NCBI GenBank assembly: GCA_934444645.1
Contig: CAKSCV010000009.1
Span: forward strand, 20,439-84,438
DNA: 64,000 bases
Origin: an uncultured Eubacteriales bacterium
GTDB lineage: Bacteria > Bacillota > Clostridia > Oscillospirales > CAG-382
Direction of reading: 5' to 3'
Part shown: piece by piece, positions 25,821 to 35,327 of the stretch
Position numbering within the stretch: position 1 is the stretch's first letter
Layout: each line of letters starts with the position of its first letter
Made by a program: the position numbers and the translations under genes
The notes under the pieces: generated by a model
Seen by the model: the letters and a program-made list of their open reading frames with translations, nothing else
What the model was told of the DNA's origin: nothing
Database searches by the model: none

Positions 25821-28800
25821 TTAAGCGATCAAATCGGAATCGATGACTGACTCGGAATCGGTCGGTTCGTTTTCACGTACAATCAGGTTGTCGAAGCGGA
25901 AGCCGACACCCTTTCCGCCGACCGGGTTTGAGTAGAGTATGAACTGGTCGGTCGCGCTTTCTGTGGCATCTGCTGCGACGGTGAAGTCGAATGAAACGTG
26001 CTTCCATTCGCCGTTTGCGGTGATTTTTCCGCTTGAACCGACAACGTGGTCGCGGTTCGTGCCGCCTGCGTCCTTATATTGCATATTGAACTGCACGACT
26101 CCCGTAAAGCCGGAGTCGATAGCCTCGGACGTACCCGAAGAGGCGAGCATTACGTCGCAATCGACCGAATAGGTGTAGCCGGGCTTGACGGTTATGCGGC
26201 AGGTGCTGCTGGTATAAATGCTCTCCGTGTCGTTTTCGGGAAGAGTCTTGTAGCATTTATTGACTTCGTTGTTCGGGTCAGCGGCAATGCTTGTGACCGA
26301 TTTCCAACCGTAGAAATCAAATGTCGTGTTGTCCGCGTCGGCTTGGAACACGATCTTTCGGGTATCGGGCAGGGGATTTTCGCGAACGATAAGGTTATCG
26401 AACAGATAGCCGACGCCTTTTTCGCTGACCGGGTCGGTGTAGAACCGGAATTGGTCATAGGTGCGCACGGTCGAATCCTTCGGAATGGTGAATTCGAAGG
26501 TCCAATGCGTCCATTGCCCGTTTGCCGAAATCTTACCGGTACGTGCGACTACATGGTCTTTTCGTGCGCCGGTGCTGTCGGCATACGGTACGTTGCAGAG
26601 AATCTCGGCTTTGAAGTTTTGCCCGATGACGTTTGTCGTACCGCTTGACGCGATCATGACGTCGCATTCCACGGAATACGTATAGCCGGGCTTGTAGGTG
26701 GTGGCGTGATCGACATACAGCCAAGTTTTGTCGTCATTTTTCGGAATGTTGCTATAGCAGAGGTTGTCTTTGTCGTTCGGGTCGGCGATGATAGTGAAGT
26801 TGCCGTGTCCGACAAGCGCGCCTTTGCCGCTTTCGCCGTCGGCGTAGATGAGAACCGGACGTGTGTCAGGTGTTTTGTTTTCGGCAACCACGATGGTATA
26901 TGAGCCGCCGCCGACCGTGCCGAGGTTGTCGCCGCTTTCGCGCTTCATGCTTTCCGGCAGCGCAAGTGTTGCCGTAATGCCGTTCGGAATGGTGACGTTC
27001 CAGATAAAGGTCTTGTCGTTCTTCTGATAGCTCCAAGCGGATTCGATAAGACCGTGTGCACTCTTGTAGGTGACATCGATGTCCTTCAAATCCTTGAAGA
27101 AATACGGTTTGACGGTGATTTCATCGAAGCCGGGCTTTGTCGCCTTGATACCGCCTAAGTATTCGAAGAACCAGCGCGCCGCGTTGCCGATGGAGTAGTG
27201 GTTGATGCTGTTTCCGACGCCGACCGTGCCGCCCCAGCTTTCGGTAACTGTACCGCCGCCGCTGGTTTCCACCATGTTGATCAGCGACGGATATGTGGTC
27301 TGTGTGACAAGGCGGTAGGCATCGTCCTCGTAGCCGTAATCGCACAGAACGCTTAAAATGTATTCGGTGGACATGAAGCTGGTGGTGAAGTGGTAGCCGC
27401 TTGCCGCAACATATTCATGAAGCTTTGCAGCAAGTGCCTCACGGTTTTCCGGTTCGGCAAACTCAAAGGCAAGCGCATACACAATACCGCTCTGATTTTT
27501 GGAGGAGTAGTCGTTTTCACCGGCAAGATAATACTTGTTGTTGAAAGCGACGCGTGCCTTTTCATATTCGGCAAGATAGCCTGCCGCTTCGTCGGTCTTG
27601 CCTAAAATTTCTGCCATTTCGGCAGCACGCTTATACATGAGCGTGTAGTAGACATTGCAGAAAAATTCGTCGCTGACCCTGCTCGGCGCTTGGTGGTCGC
27701 CGTAGGTGTAAGTTCCATTGGACGGCAGAACGTCGCCGGAGGCAACCTGGTTTCTGCGGTAATTGATAAGCGTTTTGATTTTTGCGTATTTGGAGGCGAT
27801 GACATCGGTGTTTCCGTAGAATTTGTACAGCGTGAGCGGAACGATATAGTCCTCATCGCCCCAGCCGTAGGTGTAGTCGCCGCCCATTTTACGGCCGGAT
27901 TCCGTCCAGCGCTCTAAGAAGCGGTTGTTGTCCATGTACCAGCAGGCGGTGTTGACAAATACCTGCATATCGCCGTTCCAGAAGTTTTTCTCGCGCGTCG
28001 GGCAGTCCATAGGACCTGTCACGATGTTGGAGCGGTAGGAACGCTTGACGGCGTCCCAAACCATGGCAAGACCGGTATGCGAGGTCTCGAAATCGCCGGT
28101 CACATCGAGGTCGTTGTACATTTCAACCTTCTTGACGGTCGAGATATCATACGTTCCGGAATAGCCGGAAACATAGATATAGCGGAAGCCGGTAAAGGTG
28201 AATTCCGGAATATAAACTTCTTCCTTCGCGCCCTTGCAGATGTAGGTGTCGAGGTTGCGCGCACCGTAGCACGCTCTGCCGTCGGCATAGGTGTCCTTGT
28301 AGAAGAAAACGTCGCCGTATTCCGAAACGTTGGCCGTGTAGCCGAGCGTATCCGAACCGTTTAAGGATTCGCAATAGCGGATGAGGATCTGTTCGCCGGG
28401 CTTGGTATTCTTAAGAATCAACTTTACGCGGCCGGTGGAGTTCAGGCCGAAATCGTAGCAGGTCGATCCGTCGGCAAGCGTAAAGATTGTTTTGGCGGTC
28501 ATTTCGTTGTTGATGCGAACCGGTTCGTAATGCTCTTGGGAGCGCGTTTTACCGGTGACAGAGTGTTCTTCGGCACTTGCCCAGCTTCCGGCGTTTAAGT
28601 CGGAGCACCAATCTGCGGTTTCCAAACGTGCGTCGTAGCGTTCGCCGAACTGGATATCGTTTTCAACGCGCGGTGAAGCGGTGACCTGCCAGTTCTTGTT
28701 CGTGCCGATGACAAGGCTTGTGCCATCGGTGTATTCGATCTCAAGCTGCATCATAAGAGAGGGAATGTTGTTGTAGAAAGCACCCCAGGATTCGCTGTTG

Positions 28801-31031
28801 TTGAAGCCGCTTGCAAGCTCTGCGCCGATAATATTTTTGCCGGTGTGAACGAATTCGGTTACATCAAAGACCTGATATTCCGTAAGATATTGCATTGAGC
28901 CGGGAAGAAAACGTGCGTCGGTCACGCGTTCGCCGTTGAGGTAGGGAACATATAAGCCTTGTGCGGTGGCATACAGCGTTGCTTTTTCGATTTCCTTTTC
29001 GGTGAGGAAGCCGCTGCGCATATACATTGCACGCGTGCGAAGCCGCGGATGCAGCTTGGTTTTATGGATTTTTCGAGTACCGGACAGTGTGGTTGTCTGC
29101 CAGCCTTCTTGTTCGCTGTTCGCCCAGAAACCGCACATACTGCTGTTGGTAAAGCCGTTACTCGTATCAAAATTCTCGGTCGTACCGTCGGTGTAGGTGA
29201 CCGAAAGGCAGCCGCGCACACCGGCAAGGAAATGCATGGTGTTATCCGACAGATAGCCGCGGACATTGATGAAGTTTGTGCCGCTTGCAAGGGCGCTTGT
29301 CACATCCTTGACGCCGGTCAAGTGCCAGCCGTTCACCTTTTCGGTCGGAATCTGCGTGTTGCCGATGAATAAGTCGATCGGCAGGCTGCTCTGAAATTCG
29401 ATTTCGGCTTTGGAAACCGTTTTGGAGATGTTAATTTTGCGCTGTAAGTAGTAGCGCGTGTATTCGGTCGGACCGATCCAATCGCCGAGCGGCAGAGTGT
29501 ACGAGGGCATTTCCTCTAAGGTCGCAAGATAGCTTTCGGGCGCGGAAATAAACGCCGCGTCAAACGTCTTTTGGGTGTTTTTTTCCAACTGGATCGTACC
29601 TGCCTTGTCGAGGATTGCTTCTTCAAGCGTCTGACGAACGCGCTCTTCGGGGTCAGCCACGCGCGAAACGAGCGTTTCGTAATCGACCCGGAGAAGCGTT
29701 TCATACGGGCGGAAGAAGCCGCGGCTGTTCACACCGCCTAAAATACCGCTGCGGTAAAGCGCGTAGACGGCTTCATAAAAGCCTTGATAGTCTTCAATAT
29801 CCGGAATGTTTTTGATGGTGTTGATGGCTGTAAGTCCGTCTGCCGGGAGCGCGTTATAGAACATTTCGGCTGCTTCGCCGCGCGTGATGGCTCTCGTGTA
29901 ATCGCCAAAGCCCGAAGTGGGAAGAAGCGAATATGTTTCGGCATAGGCAAGATAGTCTGCAAAGGCAGCGCCCTCAGGGATTTCTGCCGTTTTGCCGGAT
30001 AAGACCGCGTGTAAACGCGATGTGAGAAGAATCATCTCATACGGCGTCATGTAGGTTTCAAGCCCTGCAAGGTCGTCGCCGTTTGCGTCCTCATAAATGG
30101 CGTATAGGCTGTAAGCGCCGGCTTCAGTCGTTGTTACGATCTGCGACGCATCGTCCTTTGCTTTTGACCAGCCGATAAACCGATAGCCGCTGCCGGGAAC
30201 CGAAAGCTTGGGCAGTGCCGCACCCGGAAGATAGCTCTTGTGCGTGTTCGGGAAAAGCGTTTCGAGATCTTTTGCCATGCCGTCGTTCTTGGCTTCCGTG
30301 TAGAAGGTGATGTCGGCATATTCGTCATACCACAGCTCAATGTTGTCGAAGTAGCAGGTCTTGCCGTTGCCGCCCATCATGAATAAATACACGTATTGGA
30401 GCGCGAAAACATTGGAATTGGTGTAGCTCGTTTCCGTAAGACTGGTAGCTTGGAATTCTTCTTTGGTGCAGATGGTGAACGTGTAGGCGTTTTTCTTGAA
30501 AGAATCCGAACCGAAGCGGATGGCACCTGCTTCCGGCGCACCTTCATAGCAGCGGTTGATAAGGAAGCGGCAGCGACCGCTGTATCCTTTGCCGCCGTCA
30601 TAGGCGTGAAAAACAAGCGTATACTTGCCCGGCTTGGAAATAATGTCTTTTTCTCTGCCGAAATTCAGGCGGTAGATCGGGTAATTTGTTTTTCCGAGCA
30701 TGGAAAGCACCTTGCCGTCGCCGACCGGGTTATCGACAATGGTAAACGTCGGATTCGTGCCGTCGCCGTCGCCCGTCCAAACAAGAGACGTGTCGGAAAG
30801 CGTCGCACCGCTTGCGGCATACGGCGAAACGTAGCCGATGTCGTAGCGATAATCGCCGATGCTTGCAGCACCTTCAAAATCCTGCTTCCAGATGAGCTTT
30901 CCGTATTCGCCGGTCGTCGTTTCCATAAGCGGTGTCGCCGTGCCGTTGTAGGATACGGCGCTTACGCCGACAGCGAAAAGCGAAAAACAGAGAACAAACG
31001 CCAAAAGCAGTGTGATGTGTCGTTTTTTCAT
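25821..31031 (-). CDS. Giant secreted multidomain alpha-L-rhamnosidase (GH78), ~1736 aa
   Basis: A signal peptide is present (MKKRHITLLLAFVLCFSLFAVGVSA). The GH78 N-domain pattern (ATLYATAQGLYVPYLNGERVTD...YQVFDVTEFV) and the catalytic-domain motif GPMDCPTREKNFWNGD (~27965-28012) are both visible. The start was set at ATG 31031, 10 nt after AAAGGAGG. Confidence 0.8.
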   Translation of the reverse strand: MKKRHITLLLAFVLCFSLFAVGVSAVSYNGTATPLMETTTGEYGKLIWKQDFEGAASIGDYRYDIGYVSPYAASGATLSDTSLVWTGDGDGTNPTFTIVDNPVGDGKVLSMLGKTNYPIYRLNFGREKDIISKPGKYTLVFHAYDGGKGYSGRCRFLINRCYEGAPEAGAIRFGSDSFKKNAYTFTICTKEEFQATSLTETSYTNSNVFALQYVYLFMMGGNGKTCYFDNIELWYDEYADITFYTEAKNDGMAKDLETLFPNTHKSYLPGAALPKLSVPGSGYRFIGWSKAKDDASQIVTTTEAGAYSLYAIYEDANGDDLAGLETYMTPYEMILLTSRLHAVLSGKTAEIPEGAAFADYLAYAETYSLLPTSGFGDYTRAITRGEAAEMFYNALPADGLTAINTIKNIPDIEDYQGFYEAVYALYRSGILGGVNSRGFFRPYETLLRVDYETLVSRVADPEERVRQTLEEAILDKAGTIQLEKNTQKTFDAAFISAPESYLATLEEMPSYTLPLGDWIGPTEYTRYYLQRKINISKTVSKAEIEFQSSLPIDLFIGNTQIPTEKVNGWHLTGVKDVTSALASGTNFINVRGYLSDNTMHFLAGVRGCLSVTYTDGTTENFDTSNGFTNSSMCGFWANSEQEGWQTTTLSGTRKIHKTKLHPRLRTRAMYMRSGFLTEKEIEKATLYATAQGLYVPYLNGERVTDARFLPGSMQYLTEYQVFDVTEFVHTGKNIIGAELASGFNNSESWGAFYNNIPSLMMQLEIEYTDGTSLVIGTNKNWQVTASPRVENDIQFGERYDARLETADWCSDLNAGSWASAEEHSVTGKTRSQEHYEPVRINNEMTAKTIFTLADGSTCYDFGLNSTGRVKLILKNTKPGEQILIRYCESLNGSDTLGYTANVSEYGDVFFYKDTYADGRACYGARNLDTYICKGAKEEVYIPEFTFTGFRYIYVSGYSGTYDISTVKKVEMYNDLDVTGDFETSHTGLAMVWDAVKRSYRSNIVTGPMDCPTREKNFWNGDMQVFVNTACWYMDNNRFLERWTESGRKMGGDYTYGWGDEDYIVPLTLYKFYGNTDVIASKYAKIKTLINYRRNQVASGDVLPSNGTYTYGDHQAPSRVSDEFFCNVYYTLMYKRAAEMAEILGKTDEAAGYLAEYEKARVAFNNKYYLAGENDYSSKNQSGIVYALAFEFAEPENREALAAKLHEYVAASGYHFTTSFMSTEYILSVLCDYGYEDDAYRLVTQTTYPSLINMVETSGGGTVTESWGGTVGVGNSINHYSIGNAARWFFEYLGGIKATKPGFDEITVKPYFFKDLKDIDVTYKSAHGLIESAWSYQKNDKTFIWNVTIPNGITATLALPESMKRESGDNLGTVGGGSYTIVVAENKTPDTRPVLIYADGESGKGALVGHGNFTIIADPNDKDNLCYSNIPKNDDKTWLYVDHATTYKPGYTYSVECDVMIASSGTTNVIGQNFKAEILCNVPYADSTGARKDHVVARTGKISANGQWTHWTFEFTIPKDSTVRTYDQFRFYTDPVSEKGVGYLFDNLIVRENPLPDTRKIVFQADADNTTFDFYGWKSVTSIAADPNNEVNKCYKTLPENDTESIYTSSTCRITVKPGYTYSVDCDVMLASSGTSEAIDSGFTGVVQFNMQYKDAGGTNRDHVVGSSGKITANGEWKHVSFDFTVAADATESATDQFILYSNPVGGKGVGFRFDNLIVRENEPTDSESVIDSDLIA
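25863..26880 (-). repeat. Two tandem ~168-aa CBM-like modules at the C-terminus of the GH78 protein
   Basis: The two modules align: PDTRPVLIYADG...KPGYTYSVECDVMIASSGT...KGVGYLFDNLIVRENP and PDTRKIVFQADA...KPGYTYSVDCDVMLASSGT...KGVGFRFDNLIVRENEP. A third, related module near the N-terminus ends in FDNIELWYDE. Confidence 0.7.
29620..30050 (-). other. Internal SLH-like segments in the GH78 protein (approximate limits)
   Basis: DYTRAITRGEAAEMFYNAL and YEAVYALYRSGILGGVNSRGFFRPYETLLRVDYETLVSRV resemble S-layer-homology motifs (GI.G...F.P...TR.E). Confidence 0.4.
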
Positions 31032-31054
31032 GAATTGCAAACCTCCTTTATCGG

Positions 31055-34000
31055 TTAAGCGTTAAATGCGTTCTGCAAAAAGGACACCGAAAGGTCAAGC
31101 CAACGCGAATAGTCCGCATAGCTCTCACCGAGTCCGACACCGTGGCCGGCATCGGAAAACGCATGGCATTCAGCCGTTTTCCCGGCGGCTTTTAAGGCGG
31201 CGGTAATCGCTTCGGCGTTTTTGGAAAAATTCACAGCCGTGTCCTTTTCGCCGTAAAAGGCGAAAGTGGACGGCATATCGTCTAAATTGTACGTATAGGA
31301 ATATTTGGCGATTTCCGTTTCGTCGTCTTTTTTGTCGCCCAAGAAGATTTCCGGCATGGTGGGATAGGTGCCGTCGCCGAGCGTTACGACCGGATAGCCG
31401 AGAATGCAGGCGTTCGGATGGGCGTTATACGCAGAAATACTGTCGGAAACGGGTGAAACAAAGGTGTTTGCTTTCTCACAGACGAGCATGGCAAGATGTC
31501 CGCCGGCCGAGAAGCCGCAAACAGCGATCTTTTCCGGATCGATTCCGAAGTCTTTTGCATAGCGGCGTACAAACTGCACGCTGCGAATGCCGTCAGCCAA
31601 AATGGCGTTTCCGTCATAGGGCTTGTAGCGGTAGTTGACTACAAAGGCCGAAATGCCCTTTTTGTTGTACGCCTTGGCAATGGCTGTGCCTTCGCTGTCA
31701 TCGGACAGCTGAAAGTAGCCGCCGCCCGGAAAGATGACGACTGCACTGTCTGCGCCGTCGGCGAGATACGCGCGTATGGTCGCCTGTAAAGTGTCCGCCC
31801 CTTTATCGTACGGAATCGTTCCGCTTTCCCAAAGCGCGATTTTTTCGTGACTTGAAATTTTTGCCATATCGATTTCCTCGTTTTCCCTGCCACCGGTGTT
31901 AACGACGCTGTTCGCGGCGTTTTTTGCAAGGTCGGTCTTGGCGGCAATCTCTTTTGCAAGATACGTTCCGAGAGCTTTTGCACCGTTTTTGTCGGGATGC
32001 GCGCCGTCGCTTGTGGTGTAAGAGAACGAGGGCTTGTCAACGAAAAAGACGTTGTTGTCGCCTAAGGCTTCCACAACCGCTTTGATGTCGGCGTTGTGCA
32101 TACCGGCAAAGGGCGATACCGCGAAGATCGGTGTGTTCGGGTATTTTTCGCGTAGCCGGTTCAAGACTGCCGTGTACGCTTCGGTAAAGGCGGCACTGTC
32201 GCTTGTCGGATCGTTGTGTCCGTGATTGATGACAATCGCTGCCGGAGCCGGCGTTTCGGAAAGCGGCATACCGTTATAAAGCGAATCGATGATATCGAGG
32301 CATTTCGGAACGCCGCCGCTGCCGCCGCGCGTCACGCCGCTGGCACCGAAGCCGTTGGTGTAGGAGACGGCGTTCAACCGGTGAGAAGCGACAAACGGAT
32401 ATTCGTTTGAGGCGGAGTTGCTGTCCGGCGTCGAGCCGGTGCCAAGCACGTTGATGCCCTCGGTAATGCTGTCGCCATAGTAGAGAATGACGGGATTGGT
32501 CGGGAGAAGTCCCGTGATTTTGCCGCCATCCTCAACCTCGGGGCATTCCAAAACAAAGCCCATGGCGCTCGTCCATTTTTCTTGGTATTCGTTGAAGCCG
32601 TCCACGATAATGCGGAAGGTGTGCTCGTTCTCGGAAAGGTTCTCGGCAAGGAGCAAGCGTCCCTCTTTGACGGTCGTCATGCGCTTCGGAAAACCTCCGT
32701 CTGTCGACACGGCAATGACCGGAGCGGGAGAGGCCGTCGAATGGAGCTTTAACCAAACCTTGCTTGTGCCGGAAACCTTGAAATAGAATTCCGCGCCCTG
32801 CGAGAAGGTCGCCTTGCAGGTTACGCCGTTCACATCCTTGTCGAACCAACGACCCATATAGCCGACCGGTTCGGAAATGGTTTGGTAGTTAAGCGCATAG
32901 CTTTCGGGCTTGAAATCCTTGTAGATGTCGGATACGCGGCTTGCAATATAATTTGCCAACAGCTTATAGCCGGTGTAGCCGCAGTGAAGCTCGTCGATCG
33001 GCATGTAGCCGCCGATGTTTTCGTAGGTAATGCCGCAGGCATAATAGTTATCGATGACCGGAAGTCCGTACTTTTCACCGAACTTCTTGATAACGCTTAC
33101 AGTTGTTTCCAAAGACGAGCGGTTTCGTTGGGTAGTGACCGGCGGCGTCATCAGAATGATCTGCGCCCTGCCGTTTGTTCGTTCCATACAGGTCTCGACG
33201 ATACGCGCATAGTAGCCGGTCTGGGTCTTGGCGTAGGAGGCGTAGTGAGAAGCCGCAGTATCGGCATCAATGGTGTCTGTTAACCCATTGTTCGTGCCGA
33301 GCATGATGAGAACGATGTCGGTCTCTTCGGAAAGCGCGACTTTCGAAAGCTGATTGTTGTAGTATAATTCTGCCGAATAGCCGCAGCGGCCGGCGTTTTT
33401 GACGTTCGCTCCCGTGATTTCCGCAAGAAAATACGGATAGCTTTCGGCGTGAACGTTCATGGTCCCTGCCGGATTGGAGCCGTAATCGCCCTCCGTCAGG
33501 CTGTCACCGATACAAACGATGTTTTTGCCTTTGAGACTGTTTTCTTCCTCTTGTTCGACTTGTTCGACAAGCGAAATTTCCGCTGCCGCAACCGATGCCG
33601 GGCGAATGCCGTCCGAAAGCGTGCTTTCAAACGCGATAAAGCGGATTTTGGTTGTATTTTCCGGAATGTTCGAGGCGGTAAGCCGTGTAAAGCCGTTTTG
33701 CGGCTCGGCGGTGACGGCGGACGAAGAAAGATACCGCATGCCGTCGTAATAGACCGCATAGAATGCACGTGCGTCCGTGCCGCTTGCCGGCGTGTAGAGG
33801 CAGTAGGCGCGTTTGTCGGCAGCACCGGTAGAAGCGATAAGCTCAGGTGTGCTTTCGTCGCGCACGATCAGAAGGTCGGGCAGCGCCGAAATGTCGGTGT
33901 TGGCCACCCATTCCTCCGCCGCGCCCTCAAGCGCCGGAACGCCGTTCTTGCGCAAGGCAGCTTCCGAAACAGAGGTGGAAAGACCATCCTCCTTGCCGGT

Positions 34001-35107
34001 GTTATATATATCGGAAAGGCTTGCCGTATTCATGCCGATTCCGGCGGCTTCGCTGATATTTAAGGAAGAAGAGATTCCGGCGTCGCTTTCTTCATGTGCT
34101 GTTTTCGCGTTGTTTGCCGCAACGCCGCCGACAATGCTGTTCGCGCCGGTAAGAGCTCCGGTATTTAACGTATTGACAAGGCTTGCTCCGGACTTGTAGC
34201 CGAGATTGAGTCCCACACCGCCGCCGATAAACGCGGCTTTGGACGTAATACTTCCGCCGTTCTTGGCAAGCGTTATCGTTCCGTTGACGTTCGCGCCTGC
34301 AATACCGCCGGCATAACCCGGATAAACGCTTTCTCCGGAAGCAGAGACTTTGCCTTCGTTTTCCACGCGGCAAAGAGAACCGGTGTTGTAGCCTGTAATA
34401 CCGCCGGCAAACACCGAAATGCCCTCGGCAGCCGCCGTGCCCGAGACGGAAGCGGTATTTATGCTGCCGGTGATAGCGCCGCGGTTTTCACCGGCCATGC
34501 CGCCAATGTTTAAGCGGTAAAGAGAGACTTCGGCAGAAAGCTTTCCGTTTGCAGTGCAGCCGCTTACCGAACCGCGGTTTAAGCCGACGATGCCGCCGAT
34601 ATCCGTAAGATAGGCGGTATCGGAAAGCGTCGCTTTGACCGTTGCCTTGCAGTTTCGGATGACCGTTTTTTTGTCGGTCGTGCCGGCGATGCCGCCGGCA
34701 TAGGCGGTAAAGCCGCTGACATCCGGCGTCAGATAGCCGTCGAACGTGCAGTTTTCGATGACGGTCGTGCCCTTGGCGATCGCTGCGATTCCTCCGACAG
34801 CCGTGCTGCCGCTTGCCGTACCGCGAACGGCGACATTCCGGATCTCGGCGTTTTCGGCGGCGCCGAACAGTCCGGCTTTGCCGCTTATACTTACCGTGTG
34901 ACCGCCGCCGTCAAATTTGCCGGTAAACGGTGCGTCGGATGAGCCGATCGGCGTGAAATCGTCGGGTAAGACCGCGTCGGCGGTCAGTTCATAGCTGCCG
35001 CCAAGATCCGAAATTTCGGACAGATCCGTAATCGGCACAGCGCGGCAGACAAGCGACCCGGCGAAAAACAACGCGGCACTGAGTAAGCATGTTGTGATTT
35101 TTCGCAT
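31055..35107 (-). CDS. Secreted multi-esterase: GLUG-like repeats + SGNH hydrolase + CE2-like beta-sandwich/SGNH + alpha/beta-hydrolase esterase, 1350 aa
   Basis: A signal peptide is present (MRKITTCLLSAALFFAGSLVCRA). A repeated GGIAG/GGIVG/GGMAG region (~34090-34930) is followed by GDSLTEG (33488-33508), GDSITEG (32456-32476) and the nucleophile elbow GFSAGG (31499-31516) with HGGG-like FPGGGY. RBS AAAGGAG. The stop lies 23 nt upstream of the GH78 start. Confidence 0.75.
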   Translation of the reverse strand: MRKITTCLLSAALFFAGSLVCRAVPITDLSEISDLGGSYELTADAVLPDDFTPIGSSDAPFTGKFDGGGHTVSISGKAGLFGAAENAEIRNVAVRGTASGSTAVGGIAAIAKGTTVIENCTFDGYLTPDVSGFTAYAGGIAGTTDKKTVIRNCKATVKATLSDTAYLTDIGGIVGLNRGSVSGCTANGKLSAEVSLYRLNIGGMAGENRGAITGSINTASVSGTAAAEGISVFAGGITGYNTGSLCRVENEGKVSASGESVYPGYAGGIAGANVNGTITLAKNGGSITSKAAFIGGGVGLNLGYKSGASLVNTLNTGALTGANSIVGGVAANNAKTAHEESDAGISSSLNISEAAGIGMNTASLSDIYNTGKEDGLSTSVSEAALRKNGVPALEGAAEEWVANTDISALPDLLIVRDESTPELIASTGAADKRAYCLYTPASGTDARAFYAVYYDGMRYLSSSAVTAEPQNGFTRLTASNIPENTTKIRFIAFESTLSDGIRPASVAAAEISLVEQVEQEEENSLKGKNIVCIGDSLTEGDYGSNPAGTMNVHAESYPYFLAEITGANVKNAGRCGYSAELYYNNQLSKVALSEETDIVLIMLGTNNGLTDTIDADTAASHYASYAKTQTGYYARIVETCMERTNGRAQIILMTPPVTTQRNRSSLETTVSVIKKFGEKYGLPVIDNYYACGITYENIGGYMPIDELHCGYTGYKLLANYIASRVSDIYKDFKPESYALNYQTISEPVGYMGRWFDKDVNGVTCKATFSQGAEFYFKVSGTSKVWLKLHSTASPAPVIAVSTDGGFPKRMTTVKEGRLLLAENLSENEHTFRIIVDGFNEYQEKWTSAMGFVLECPEVEDGGKITGLLPTNPVILYYGDSITEGINVLGTGSTPDSNSASNEYPFVASHRLNAVSYTNGFGASGVTRGGSGGVPKCLDIIDSLYNGMPLSETPAPAAIVINHGHNDPTSDSAAFTEAYTAVLNRLREKYPNTPIFAVSPFAGMHNADIKAVVEALGDNNVFFVDKPSFSYTTSDGAHPDKNGAKALGTYLAKEIAAKTDLAKNAANSVVNTGGRENEEIDMAKISSHEKIALWESGTIPYDKGADTLQATIRAYLADGADSAVVIFPGGGYFQLSDDSEGTAIAKAYNKKGISAFVVNYRYKPYDGNAILADGIRSVQFVRRYAKDFGIDPEKIAVCGFSAGGHLAMLVCEKANTFVSPVSDSISAYNAHPNACILGYPVVTLGDGTYPTMPEIFLGDKKDDETEIAKYSYTYNLDDMPSTFAFYGEKDTAVNFSKNAEAITAALKAAGKTAECHAFSDAGHGVGLGESYADYSRWLDLSVSFLQNAFNA

Positions 35108-35266
35108 TTGTATACTCCTTTCAGCTTGCAGTTTTGGTTATTTTAACAATACCATTATAGCGAAAAACGATGCTTTTGTAAATGCTTTGTTTTTGGAGAT
35201 GTTTAATCATATTTTGGATATTTTTTTGTTTTCCGGGAAAAAAGGCGAAAATCGTTGTTATGTTTC

Positions 35267-35295
35267 TTGACACGGACGGCAATTTGTGATACGAT
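35267..35295 (+). promoter_or_regulatory. Candidate promoter of AraC (uxaC-linked)
   Basis: TTGACA (35267-35272), 17 nt, then TACGAT (35290-35295). Confidence 0.4.
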
Positions 35296-35327
35296 AAAGA
35301 AAAAATGAGCGAAGGGGCGTGCGGCGA

